Source of the DNA: Octopus bimaculoides
Taxonomy: Eukaryota
Direction of reading: 5' to 3'
DNA length: 64,000 nt
Assembly (NCBI RefSeq): GCF_001194135.2
Contig: NC_068990.1
Location: 95,602-159,601 of the forward strand
The position numbers and the translations under genes are program-made. Under the pieces are notes generated by a model, which saw only the letters and a program-made list of their open reading frames with translations, was not told the DNA's origin and did no database searches. Shown one piece after another: positions 37,401 through 50,440 of the stretch. The first letter of the stretch is position 1; every line of letters starts with the position of its first letter.

Positions 37401-40400
37401 GTATGGCTCCTCTGTTGTGCCAGAATGGTGGTATAAAAGGAGAGGAGGAGGCTGTAACCATAGCTAGGTAAGTGATTGTTAAATTTATATTTAAGGACAT
37501 GTGTGCTTGAATGTTTGAGATAGTTGACATGTATTATTTGTGATATTGGTAAATTTTTACCACTACACTGTCTCACGAGATGGGTGTTATCTCTGATGGT
37601 GGACTTTTGGGATGGCTATCACTACCTCGTGTGGAATGAACAGAGTAAAGAATTTAGTGGTTGTTTTCTTCTGTGAAAGAACTTTTTGTCCAAAAAATTT
37701 GATGTTTTAACATTTTTGCCCTTTAATTCTGTGCCCTTTTCTTGTAAATGTTTACTGTTACCTCTGCACCTGTCTTATGAGACAGGTGTAATAGAACAAG
37801 AAATTAACATAATGGCTTCTTATTGTGGTGTTAGAATATGTTTTTACCATACAAGGTAATAATTACAAATAAAGGAATACATTGAAAGGTATTAGCTGTC
37901 ATTAGTGCCAGTAATTTGATATAAAGCAAATTCAAAATGGTGAAGAAATTGTGCAAGTATATAATTAATTGGTATGTACACACAGCAAAACATATATTGG
38001 AAAACTAAAAAGAAATTTGAAGTAGTTAAACTGCAGTTTTTTAAGCTGTTTACTCTGGAACTTTGAACAGATGTAAGTACATTGTATACTTTGTACTCAC
38101 ACAATCTCCTTTATTTTTCTGTGAACAGGGTAACAAATTCTATTTACCTGTTTTTAAAGGCTTAAAAAGAAACTGTAGTTTAACTACCTCAAATTTAGAT
38201 GTTATTATAAATATACTTTACATACATACACCATTCTATTTTATGATGTCAGAAAAAACAGGATGAAGGGTTTCTTCAGTTTCAGCCATTCCTCTTGAGT
38301 AACAGTGGATAGTTACTGTCTTTCTGCTTAATTAGTGCTTTGAAAAGATAGGTTTATGGTCTGAAGTGAGCACCTGTAGTGTATCTTATAGCCTAGTCCT
38401 AGTACTGACTGTTCTAGACTTGAAATGTCTGAGTTTGTTTAACTTTAGCCTTACTGGCAGTTTTAAGATTCTGCTTTATAGTCGGACAAGTTGTGTCAGG
38501 GCTAAGATCGTCTGGGTTATGTATTTACTAAGGCTTGTTCATATATCCAACTGTTTGTATCGAGTTATACTTAAGCAATTGTTGGTAGAATTCTTTTAAA
38601 TGATTTTTTTTTTACCTTGCTGTTTCTTACAGTTTATTGATGTTTAAAACAAACGAAGATAAAATTTTGTAGTTTGATAATTTAATTTCTTTCACAAGTG
38701 CAAGCTTTTGAATATTAGGAATATTTAAAGCTGGATTTCGGTTTCTTCGTATCAGTAACGTCTAATTTTTCTGCCAGGTGTATTTGAGTAAGTAGTAGAA
38801 GGTCTTGTGTTACATAATGTCAAAAGGAAAATTTCAATATTTGACCTGGATGTTATTCTGCTGCTGCAATCTTTTACAATAATTTTTTTTGATACTGGCT
38901 TCAGTACCTAAATGACTGAGATTATTTCTTAATACAATTATAATTTTTCAGACAACTAATTAACATTATCCCAAAATGAAAATGTGTTTTAATATACATT
39001 CACTCTATTTTGATTAGTTAAGTTGCTAATTGTTATAATTGTTATCTTGTTCCTGGATATTTACATTGTAACAGACTGGGTTTGAACTAAAAACCTTTAT
39101 TTCTCAACTGAAAATAGTAAAGCTGATGCCTACTAGATAACTGATACACATGGATGTGTTGCTTGGCTGCAGACACACATAAAGATAAATTACTAGGACA
39201 CTGACACATGTAGATGTGTCACGAGATCATAGATACATATTGATAAGCTTTTTCTTTTTTCTTGTTCTTTTCTTGTCTTGTAAGTTACTTAAAGACCACA
39301 CTAGTGCTGGTAGCATGAAAAAAAAAAAAAGGTACTAAGTACACTGCAAAGTGGTTGGCATTAAGAATGGCATCCAGTCATAGAAACCATGCCAAAGCTG
39401 ACATTGGGGCCTCAATGCAGGCCTGTGACTCACTGGACCCTGTCAAGCATTCAAACTCACTGATACACTCAGCTGTGTGTTACTTGGCTGCTGACCCATG
39501 TAGATGTCTCAGGGGCCTTTCCTATAAAAGTGTTACTAACTTTAGTTCAGAAACAACTACATAAAAGGTGAGAGATAGGTAGAGGGAGAGTGGGAGAAAT
39601 GATGGATTAAAGTGTAAGAAAAGGAGGGCGAGAGGGAAGGCTATGAAAAATGAGTGAATGGGAAAGTGAGAAAGAGTGAGGTAAAGACAAGATGTATGAA
39701 ATAAAAAGTAAAAATATGGCAAAAGGCGTTCAAGCATGGATAACAGGAAAAAAAAAGTTGTGAGTGATGGCCAGATTATAGACATCTAAAGAAGAAATAA
39801 AAGTATTTGTGCAGACATGACTGTTCTCAAGAAGCTTGTCTTGCAACTATGTGGTTTTGGGTTCAGTCTTATTGTGTGGCACATTTGACAAGTGTCTTCT
39901 ACTATAACCCTGGATGGATGAATTCGGAAACTGTGTGGAAGCCTGTTGTATACAAATGTGTGTGAGTTCCCTCCCCACCACTTGAGAATTGGTGTTCGTC
40001 TGTTTACATCCCCGTCATTTAGCGTTTTGGCTAAAGACACTGATAGAATAAGTATCAGACTTGAAAGACAAGTTCCGGAGTCAGTTTGTTTGCTATGGCC
40101 TTCAAAGTGGTGCCCCAGCATGGCCAGAGTCCAATAATTGAAACAAGATGAAAAGTAAAAAAAAAAAACACACCAACCTCCCAACAAAAATATATAAAAA
40201 AAACAAAACAAAAGCGAGCGATATCAAGGAAGATAACTGTGTCGTTTCCAGAACTATTTCCCCTTGAAATTTTTCTGTTACTATTTTATTTTCTGTCCAG
40301 TCTGTCACTTTTCTCTTTGTCTTCTGATGCATTGTCTGTTTTCAGAATGTTGGCAACTGGAATCACCGTCTTCATTTTATAATTGATGATGTATCTGTTT

Positions 40401-43400
40401 TCTATATTTGTCATCTGCATTTTCGTTTAGCATACCTTATCAGAGTTGTGATAAAATACTAAAAATGTTGAACAAGATTCGTCAGATACTCTTATGTCAC
40501 CCTTACTCTTAACATAACATGATCTCATTTTCCATCTTGTATAAATCTAAAGCGTATTTCTGTAACATGGTTGGGTAGATAGGATATTTGATTGCTGATC
40601 CTGTTTGGAGTTGGTGGAGAAAAAGTATCCATCCAAGGTGGTTGATTGGCAATTGTAAGAACATGAGACCAGTTACCTTGTTGGAATTGTTCAAGCTCTT
40701 TGTGATCCGAGTTCAAATCTCACTATAGCCTATTTTGGGTAGTAGGCTTAATAATCATCATCATCGTTGTCGTTTAACGTCTGCTTTCCATGCTGGCATG
40801 GGTTGGACGGTTTGAATGCAGGCTGGCAAGCCAGAAGGCTGCACCAGGCTCCAATCTTATCTGGCAAAGTTTCTACAGCTGGATGCCCTTCCTAACGCCA
40901 ACCACTCCGAATCTCTTGCCTTATTTAGCATCGCCACCTGGCGCCATGGACACCTTGAACAGAGTCCACTTTGTTGCAGTTATTTGAGCCAGGTCCATCT
41001 TCCCACCAGTTTCAGATGCCCTGTTAAGACTCATGGGCACTTCCTTCCCTCCTTAATTAAAGATAGAAGAAAATTCATTGTTGAAGAGATTTCCAGACAA
41101 TACACAGCACCAGCTTTTCCAGTATCTATTTTTCACAGGCAAATTTGAAGAAAACATTTTGTCTTCCATTCATTTTACAGAATCTGAAGTTAGGCATCAA
41201 CAATTATTGTCCTTTGTAGTTTTGAAGATAATGTTAACTTTATGTTTACAGTGAACAAAGACATCTGTAGTAGACTTTCATTTCATTGACTGGCAATCAA
41301 ATCTCATAAGTGGATGAAATGATATGCTTCTAGAAATTATATTTATATACTTATTAGGTGTAGATGTGGCTGTTTCTCAGCTACTTGGTTTTCGGATTCA
41401 CTGATGTTGTGTGGCATCTTGGGCTGACCAAATCCTTGTGAGTAGATTTGGTGGATGGGTAATGAAAGAAGCTCAGTGTTGTGTATCTGAATGTGTGTGT
41501 TTTTTTTTTGTCTTGATATTGCATGATGGTTTGTAAATGAATGTCATTCTCACACAAGTTGTAGCCTTTGTTTCCAGTATTCTGTGTAAATATGTCTGGC
41601 CACAGGGAAATATTATCTTGCTTGGAAACAAATGAGGGAGAAGGTCATCCAGCCGCGGAAAATCTACCTCAGTAAACTCCATCTGACCTATGCGAGCATG
41701 GAGAAGAGGATGTTAAAACATTTATGATAATGTCTGTTTTATGGTATCAACATAGAAAACTTGAAAGCTTGAGATATGAGTGTTGTATTCATATTCATTC
41801 AGATGATGATGTATTCATAATCATTTAGATGGTAATGCAGAATAGTAAATCTCCTAACATATTGGTTTGTTAAAGTGCTGCTAAAGTCTAATGTATTCAT
41901 CTTGAGAAAACTTGTGCTCAGCACTGTTAACTGGAACATAGGTTATTCACATGAAACACAAATCTTCCAACTTTTCAAGTTCTCTCTGTTAACTGATCTA
42001 GTCTTATCTTTCTTACTTTATCACTATTACCTTGATAAAGGTGATGATGATGATGATGAAGTATTTACTGCTAAATTGACTAGGGCGTATATTGCAGACT
42101 TTTCAATCACGTTAGCATGTTATTGACTCAAGTTGCTGCAAATCTTAATGCATTAAAAGGATAATTGTCTAGATGTAAATCTATAAGTACTAGCATAGAA
42201 AATTTTCCTATTTCTACTCTTTGGTTTCTTAAAATATGATGTACATATAAATATATAATGTTTATGATTAGGCAACTAACTTAACAAAAATATTCCCTTT
42301 CAACCTTGAGATGTCAAACATGTTTACATGTTGATGACTGCAACAGTTAACTCTCCACTGCCTGCTATCACCATTATGTGTCTGTTGTCTTGAGTGTTCA
42401 GTGAGATAGATCTCAGAACCACTGTATAGTTGGTGATTCACAGTTTCTACAAAGTTGAATATATAAGTTTTGAATGAACCTGGTTTACTAGATTTTGTTT
42501 AATTCTAACATAATTGTTTGAGTTATTCTTATGCAACAGCCTTCTTGATTGAGTTTAACTCAATACAAATAATAGTTAATGTTTTGTTATTAAGGGTACA
42601 ACTGTGTAACAATTTAATTTTTTGCTCTAAAGATATATTTACAAAAAACAAACAAACAAACAAACAATAATTTGAAAACTTCAGTATGAAACCTGTCTTG
42701 AATGTAAGATTTATTGTTCCATTTTTCCAACGTTGTCTAACTGCTTTCTTTATGATCTAGAATGAAGATAGTTGATAGAATGTTTCAGAATTTCCCCATT
42801 TGTCCAGCACTTATAGATTTAAAGTGTCAGATGTAACAGTTTAGGGTTAAACTTGAGTGCATGAGCAAGGCTATCTCATCTTTAATACAGTTGATGCTGT
42901 CCTAAAATGTAAACATATGGTTCCCAGTTTAAAGCTAGTAATTGAATTTAATGAAGGAAATTTAACTTCAATATTGAGCACTTAATTTTTGTTTTTGTTG
43001 GTATATTTGTTTTTACGTTTAAGGTTTCTTTTCTCTTGAAGTGATGAGCTCTGTTTCTCCTCCTCCTAACTAGTGAAGGCATGATTGCTTGGTGAAGAAG
43101 TTTACTTTGCAATTACAGGATTAGGATATTGCTTGATAGACGGTAAAAGACTTAGTAGGCATCAATAAAGTATTGAGGATCAATCCTGACAAATCTTTGT
43201 TAAAAATTGTAGATCGATTTTATCCTACTGTTTGAGACTTATGGCAAGTGTTTTTCGCCCTAACCTTAGCTCAGCCAAACCCCTGTGAGTGAAATTTTGG
43301 TAGACAGAAATTCTGTGGAAGTCTGTGGGAGTTTCTGTTCTTTGATGATTGACGTGATCTGTTGCCAGATTTAACATCACCTTGCCCTTGGAATGTTGTT

Positions 43401-44167
43401 AGCTGTTGTAAGAATTTGGGCCAGATCTCTGAGGATAACTTCCTGTTTTTATCCCACCATTCATGAAGGTCTTGGAAAAGGTTATAGGCACTACTGTTCC
43501 TTTTCTGCTTGTTCTACTAAAAAACAAAGAAGAAAATATGTGAATTCTGTTCAGATTTTAGATTATAGCTATAAGGAAAGTAAAGGGATTGGTAAAAAAT
43601 TTGAAAATAAGTAGGGAAACTGAGGATGGGAAAGGGGTCTTATATATTAAAAGTAGAATCTTATTTTAGAAATTGGTAGTTCACGGGGTGTTTGATACCG
43701 GGGTTTAATGGTGAAGATGAAAGCAGTTGTAAATACAATAGGAAATTTTAAATGTGGGTAGAATGCATTTGGTATGTTCTAATAAATTAGATACTAATGT
43801 AATAGCAGTAGTAAAAATGGATTAAGATATTGTTTTTGACTGACATTAGAGGTCTTAGTGGACATTAATGAAATATTGTGTAGTAAACATGGCAAATGTT
43901 TGTTAAATGTTGCAAATAGACACTAGTAAAGTACAACAGTAATCAGTCATATATTTTGTATTGACTGAATGTTGCCTTCTAAGTAATTTGATTATTTCAC
44001 TGGCTCAGTTGTTTATCTAAAAACTTTGGACCTAAATAATAATCAATGGCTACCTATTGTTATCTGCCACATATCTTTGTATCTTAATTTCCATTCTTAA
44101 TGTCTGAAATTGGAAATGAGTTTATTTGTCCTTGATAAATACATGTGCGCATGCACGTGTGTGTGTA

Positions 44168-44220
<53 letters not shown>

Positions 44221-44531
44221 TTATTTTAATTTCTATTTATACTTTTGTTGGTGTTGAGATTTTGAATTCATAATATGCTGTTTGCTGACCATATTCAGAA
44301 GAAAATGGTATGCATTAGGAATGGTTTATTTGTTCTGTAATGTTAGTACCATGTGTAATTTAGTTGAGTGGATTTAGTAGAAGGAAACTGAAAGAAGCCT
44401 GTTGTGTGTGTGTATTTGTTTTGTGTCACTTTGTCTTGACATTGCATGATAGTATAAGTGAACAGCACTGTCATACAAGTGGTGTCTTTTGTTTCCAATC
44501 TTCTGTAGAAACATGTTTGGCCAAAGAGAAG

Positions 44532-45422
44532 TACAAGGGAGTGCACAAAAGAAACCAGTATTTTGCAATATTATTTTATTCACTCTTAGTTTTACATGTT
44601 TACACTTTTATCACCTTCAAAGTATTCTTCATTTGAAGCAATTTATCGGTCCAGACGCGTTTTCCACCATTCAAAGCAGTGCTGGAATTCTTGCAGAGTG
44701 ATGCCTTTTCTTTCACCTCTTCCACATCTGTAAATTCCATAGCACCAGCTTTCATCCTCTGTGATGACCTTCGAAAAAAGGTCCTGATCAATTTCCAACT
44801 GTTCTTTCAGTTCACGACACACATTCAGTTATGACTGCCCTAGATCTTCTGTGAGCAAGGGAGGCACAAATTTTGCTGCATCTCTTTTCATTCGCAATTC
44901 CTCGCTCAAAAATTCATTGGTAGGTGCTCCAGGATATACCAGTTATATCAACAAGTTTGTCAATTGTTTGGCAATGGTCCTCCAAGATCAATTCATGAAC
45001 TTTTGTGATGTTTTCATTTGCTTGGAAGGTTGACGGACACTCTGAACAAGGTCGGTCTTCAAGCAAGTTACCATTCCTAAAGTGTGAAAAGCACTTGTGA
45101 ACTTGTGTTTTACTCATGGCAGCATCCCTGTAAGCTGTTTGAAGCATGACAACTGTTTCAGCTGCCTTTTCCCTCAGCAGAAAATAGAATTTCACAGAAG
45201 CATACTGATCCTTCTTTTCAGCCATTGCAAAAATCTATGAACAGGGGAAAAGCACTGCAAAACAAAGATGCATCACATAGCAGTACAACCACACTAGACA
45301 ATGCCACTCAGCAGACTGATGCTTGAGAGTCGTATGAAGTGGCTTTTTGTGGCAGTAGCTTGAACTGCAATGGGCTTGTCCGACAGAAAAGGTTTCCAGT
45401 TACTCTTGCGTACCTCCTCGTG
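44532..45422 (-). mobile_element. Internally deleted mariner element (catalytic core removed)
   Basis: N-terminal HTH MAEKKDQYASVKFYFLLREKAAETVVMLQTAY..., then VITEDESWCYG joined to the C-terminal ITLQEFQHCFEWWKTRLDR..EEYFEGD. Degenerate TIRs TACAAGGGAGTGCACAAAAG and CACGAGGAGGTACGCAAGAG. Confidence 0.85.
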
Positions 45423-46355
45423 TTACCTTCCTTGGGGACAGGTGTGGGTTGGTGATAAGAAAAGCTTTTGACTATAGAAAACCTGCCTCATTGGACTGTT
45501 GGACCCATGCAAATGTGGAAAAATGGATGTACTCATGATAATGCATACATCCATTTTTGTTAGTTTACTGTGAAATAGCTATGAATGCCACAACTTTCGC
45601 TTTCTTGTTATCCTACATACATAAGATGTCTCTAGCTTAGAAATGATTAACTTCAGTTCCTATCTGGATAAAGCTTCATATATGTTTGGAAAGATATAAA
45701 CAATACATTTGCTAGTTTAAGGAAATGTGTGTGTGTGTACGCACACGCGCATGCGCACGCACGCACACGCACACGAGCGCGCACACACACACACACACAC
45801 AAGTGCATCTCAGAAAGCTTGAGCTTTATGCAAAAAATGAATGTTTGTTGTCATTTAAATTAGAAAAATAAAATTTCAGTTGCATATGGCTCCCTAAATT
45901 TTAATTGATCTCTTTGTAGTATTTTGTTGATAAAAGCTAACAGTAATGATTTCCATGCAGGGATCATTGAAATATTAAAATGTAGTACCTGAAGATCAAA
46001 AATTGAAGAGTAAGGAATGATAGTCAGTGCTTGGTTGATGCTCTTTTGTTTCAATGACTGTCTGAATATATTGTGTCATAGAAGAAACCAGCTTGTGATA
46101 CAATATATTCTGCAACAAATAGGTGTGAAAATTAGCATAATTAAAAAAGAAAATATATCACTTAGGCTAATTACTCAGATATGCTATTTGCATGTAAAAC
46201 AATTGAACATATTTAATACGATAAGCATCTACTCCTCACTAGTAAAATTAGGGAGATAATGAAGCCACGAAAAATTCTGTAAAAATTAGAACATGTGAAG
46301 AGGTTATAAATTAGATTTGATGTTTTAGCCACGTGCACCCTCCCTAGATATATTA

Positions 46356-47547
46356 TATTTGGTTGGCAAGAAAGTAATTTTGTTTCACGCATTTGGAGTT
46401 ATATTTTTTCAATGACTTTTGTCAATGTTATGATTTTTTTCCTTTTGACATTTGATAGCCATTACTTTTAGCTTACTTTAGAAGCAAATTGCATGTAATT
46501 TTGTTTACGATTGTTCAGTGTTGATTTTAACCTGGAGTGCAAAGATGGACATTTTTGCCATATTTTGCTTTTTTATTTCCGTAAAAGCAAAAAAGCTGAT
46601 GAGGCTCACAAGAGGTGTGTGGAGTTTATGGTTTGATTGCTTAACAGAATACACATGTCAGAAATGGTTTAAGATATTCTATTCTGGAGATGTTGCACTC
46701 AAAGATGACCAATGTTCAGGTTGACCTGCTGAAGTTGGTGATGACTGAATCAAAACCATAATTGAATCTGATTGTCATATAACTGTGCAAGAAATTGAAG
46801 AGAGGTTAAATGCATCACACACAACAATTGAAAAATCACTTAAAATCTCTTGGACTTGTTAAGAAGCTCAATATTTGGTTTCCACATAAATTGAAAGAAA
46901 TGCATTCACTTAATACAACAAATCAATATTTGCAATATGCATCTTAAACGCAATGAAATCGATCTATTTTTGAAATGAATCATCACTGGTGATGAAAAAT
47001 GGTCTACAATAACAACAAATGATTACAAATGTGTTGTGTATTTTGAGATGCTTCCAAGGAACCAAATGATCAGTTCAGATGTTTACTGTCAACAACTAAT
47101 GAAACTGGAGGAAGCAATAAAAATTTTAAAAAATGGCTAGAATTGGCAAATCGTAAAAGAATCATGTTCCACCATGACAATGCTAGACCACACACATCTT
47201 TGCTAACTCGTGGAAAATTATTGGAGCTTGGTTGGGAAGTGATGTCACATCCACCATGTAGCCCTGACCTTGCACCTTCGGATTACCATTTATTTCGAAG
47301 TTTGCAAAATTCTTTGAATGGTAAAACTTTCAATAATGATGATGACCTGAAATCACACCTGCTTCAGTTTTTGGCTGAAGATCAGAAGGTCTATGAGCAT
47401 GGAATCCTGAAGTCGCCAAAAGATGGCAAACGGTCATCGAAGAAAATGGAAAATATATTAATTGATTAAAGTTCATTCATTGTATGGAAAAAAAAGAAAA
47501 ATGATTTTATTTCACACTAAAGCACTGAAATTATTTTCTTGCCAGTC
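46356..47547 (+). mobile_element. Degenerate mariner (DD34D) transposon
   Basis: WVPHKLKE, ITGDEKW and HDNARPH...SPDLAPSDYHLF with 34 residues between the last two Asp. TIR GGTTGGCAAGAAAGTAATTT matches the reverse complement of the right end (CTGGCAAGAAAATAATTT). Frameshifts and a deletion. Confidence 0.92.
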
Positions 47548-47639
47548 TTGTTCTTAGGCATTTTGATAAACATTTTGTAAAACAGCTGCGGTAGCATCAA
47601 TAATAATATTAGTTACAAATTTTGGAACAAGTCCAGATA

Positions 47640-48035
47640 GTTTGGGGTAATGGGGTAAGTTGATTACATCAGCCCTAGTGCTGAACTGGTACTTCTTTTT
47701 TTGACCCCGAAAAGATAAAAGGCAAAGTCAACCTTGGTGGAACCAAGAGCCTTTTATGATTTTTAATATTGCTCTAGCAGCAAGCTGGCAAAATGCTGTG
47801 TTGCATTTTGTCCATCTTTATGTTCTGGATTCCATCAAGGTTGACTTTGCCTTTCATCATTTCAGGGTCAATAAAAAAAGTACCAGTTCAGCACTAGGAA
47901 ATTCGATTACATCTATCTAAGTACTTAACTGACACTTAATCAACTCAGAAATGATGAAAGACAAAGTTGACCCTGGCAGGATTTGTACCCAGAATGTAAA
48001 GATGGATAAAATACCACTAAGCATTTTGCCTGGCA
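47640..48035. mobile_element. Cluster of three SINE type 3 fragments in alternating orientation
   Basis: Minus copy about 47640-47745, plus copy about 47775-47910, minus copy about 47945-48035. Confidence 0.8.
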
Positions 48036-48549
48036 TGAAAATAATAACAATAATAATAGGAATAGCCCACATCTTGATTCAGTAGAATGGTTCAAATAGA
48101 ACAGTCTGCATGTGCAGCACACATCCTATATAATAAGTGTCTAATAATTGAAAACAACACAACTCTCGCAACATATATCATATCCAATAAAATAACACCA
48201 GCCACATTGCACACAACACACACAAGAGAACAAACCTTAATCATTGTCATTTACTGTCTGCCTTCCCTGCTGGCATGGGTCGGATGGTTTGACAGGAGCT
48301 GGTCAGGCAGCAGCCTGCATCAGACTGCTTTGTGTTTTGGCAGGGGTTTTGTGGCTGGATGCCCTTCCTAACCCCAACCACCCAACACAGTGGACTAATG
48401 TAACCAGAAACTAAACTCTTGAAAGAAACTGCTGCAGTAACTGATAGGAGGAGTCCACCCTCCCCTCAATCCCCACAAAAATAAGACTGCACATGCTTCA
48501 GGAATATGGAAGTGTACCAGGTGGTGCAGTAGAAACTTACATGAAACAA

Positions 48550-48781
48550 GGCGGTGAGCTGGCAGAGTGGTTAGCACGCCGGGCGAAATGCTTAACTGTA
48601 TTTCGTCTGCCGTTACGTTCTGAGTTCAAATTCCGCTGAGGTTGACTTCGCCTTTCATCCTTTCGGGGTCGATAAATTAAGTACCGGTTATGCACTGGGG
48701 TCAATGTAATCGACTTAATCTGTTTGTCCTTGTTTGTCCCCTCTATGTTTAGCCCCTTGTGGGCAATAAAGAAATAAGAAA
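48550..48781 (+). mobile_element. Well-preserved tRNA-derived SINE, type 3
   Basis: A box TGGCAGAGTGG (48560-48570), B box GAGTTCAAATTCC (48622-48634), core GCCTTTCATCCTTTCGGGGTCGATAAATTAAGTACC, A-rich end. Confidence 0.85.
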
Positions 48782-49175
48782 CACTTGCATGAAACAACTG
48801 AAGAAAAAATGAAAATAACATTTGTATGCACAACATATACAAACGGAAGACTTTCTTTAACTTTGGCACAAGGGTACCCATTCTTTAAATGGAATCTTAT
48901 TGACTTAACAGTCTAGTACATAACATGACTGGTATTTGATGAAAGACAAATCAGTGTAGTGGCGTTTGAACTCAGGACAGGTTGTACAGTTGAAATTTAT
49001 TGGAAATCCTTTCTTATATAAGGGCTATTAATATAGAAAGAGTTACAATATAGGAAAGCACCTTTAATGCCTGTTAACCATATATTTCTAGCAAAAGTAG
49101 ACAGCCATTGTGTTTTAAATATTTGTAAGATTTGGAGACATTGAATACTATATCTTCTCTCTCTTTCTCTCTGTG

Positions 49176-50440
49176 TATTGAGTCATATAAATAATGTGGT
49201 TTTTCTATACTTCTTTTATTTTTCAAAATTAAAATAAACAAAGTTCTCTTTTAATCTAAAATATACTCTCCTTCATTTTCTACAATGCTCTTCCATCTAT
49301 CTGGTAGACTTGTAAGCCCCACCCCCACTAAAATTCACTTGTTCCTGATGAAAAATACTCCTCCAGTACTGTTCTGACCTCTCTACAGAATTCATATTTT
49401 TTCTGTCCAAATGATTTTGAAGACTGCGGAATAAATGATAATCAGATGGTGCAATGTCTGGTGAATATCGTGGGTGTAGCATCATTTCCCGTTGAAACTG
49501 CTCCAGTCTTTGAAAGGTCATCCTCACTGTATGTGGCTGAGCATTATCCTGATGGTAAAACACATTTCGTCTTGGAACCAAAGATGGTCGTTTTTCTTCT
49601 GGCACTGATTTAAGCTGCTCAAGCTGCTTGCAGTGGATCTCTTCTGTTTGGGTTTGAAAGTTCAAAGTGTACTAAACCTTTCATATCTCACCAAACAGAC
49701 AACAACACCGTATGTAGGTGAAGACCTTTAGACTAGGGTGCCAGTGTTTCTCCTTTCCCTATCCACTCTCTTCAGTTCTTGACGTTTTTATAGAGAACTC
49801 ATTTCTTGTCACCAGTCACTGTTCAGTCCAAAAAAGGTTCATTTGTGAGATGTGACATCAAAGAAGAGCACACATTCACTCTCTGTGTGTGATTAGACTT
49901 GGAAAGTTTGTGGGGAACCCATTGACCCAATTTGTTGATTTTTTTCCGATGGCATGCAGGTGTCGTTGATTGGTCAAATCCAAGCTTCTCTGCCAGTTCC
50001 TCAACAGTTATGATGGGATTTTGTTCCAAGGTTAGCAGGACGTCCTCATCAAGCTATATAGATCTTCCAGGACGAGGCTTGTCTTCTAGGCTGTAGTTTC
50101 TGGCTTGGAATTTCTGGAACCACCGTTGTCACTGGCTTATGCTTATTGTCTGATCCCCATATACTGTATTAATATTCCTCACACTTTCCGTTGCATTGTT
50201 GCCTTTATTGAACTGATAAAGCAAAATATGCTGAATAATTTCCTTTGTCACTTCCATTATAGCTTTGAAAAAAAATGACTGTTAAAATCAAACAGCACTC
50301 TTCAAAACTTGCACCAAGAATAAGGACAAGGTGATATTACTACCTGCTTTTATAGCAAATTGATGCAGGTAGTTTATTCCGTCTCCCTCTAACTTCTAGT
50401 TAATGCAATTGAAAAAATTGCATTATTTATGGGATATTTA
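49176..50440 (-). mobile_element. Degenerate near full-length mariner (DD34D) transposon
   Basis: MEVTKEIIQHILLYQFNKG, QWVPHKLS, IVTGDKK and HQDNAQPH...YSPDIAPSDYHLF with 34-residue spacing. TIR remnants share ATAAATAATG. Confidence 0.92.

Noticed and set aside
45961-46009. Exon-like segment ending in GTAAGG
   Set aside because: Stops in all frames from the better acceptor; the alternative acceptor lacks a pyrimidine tract.
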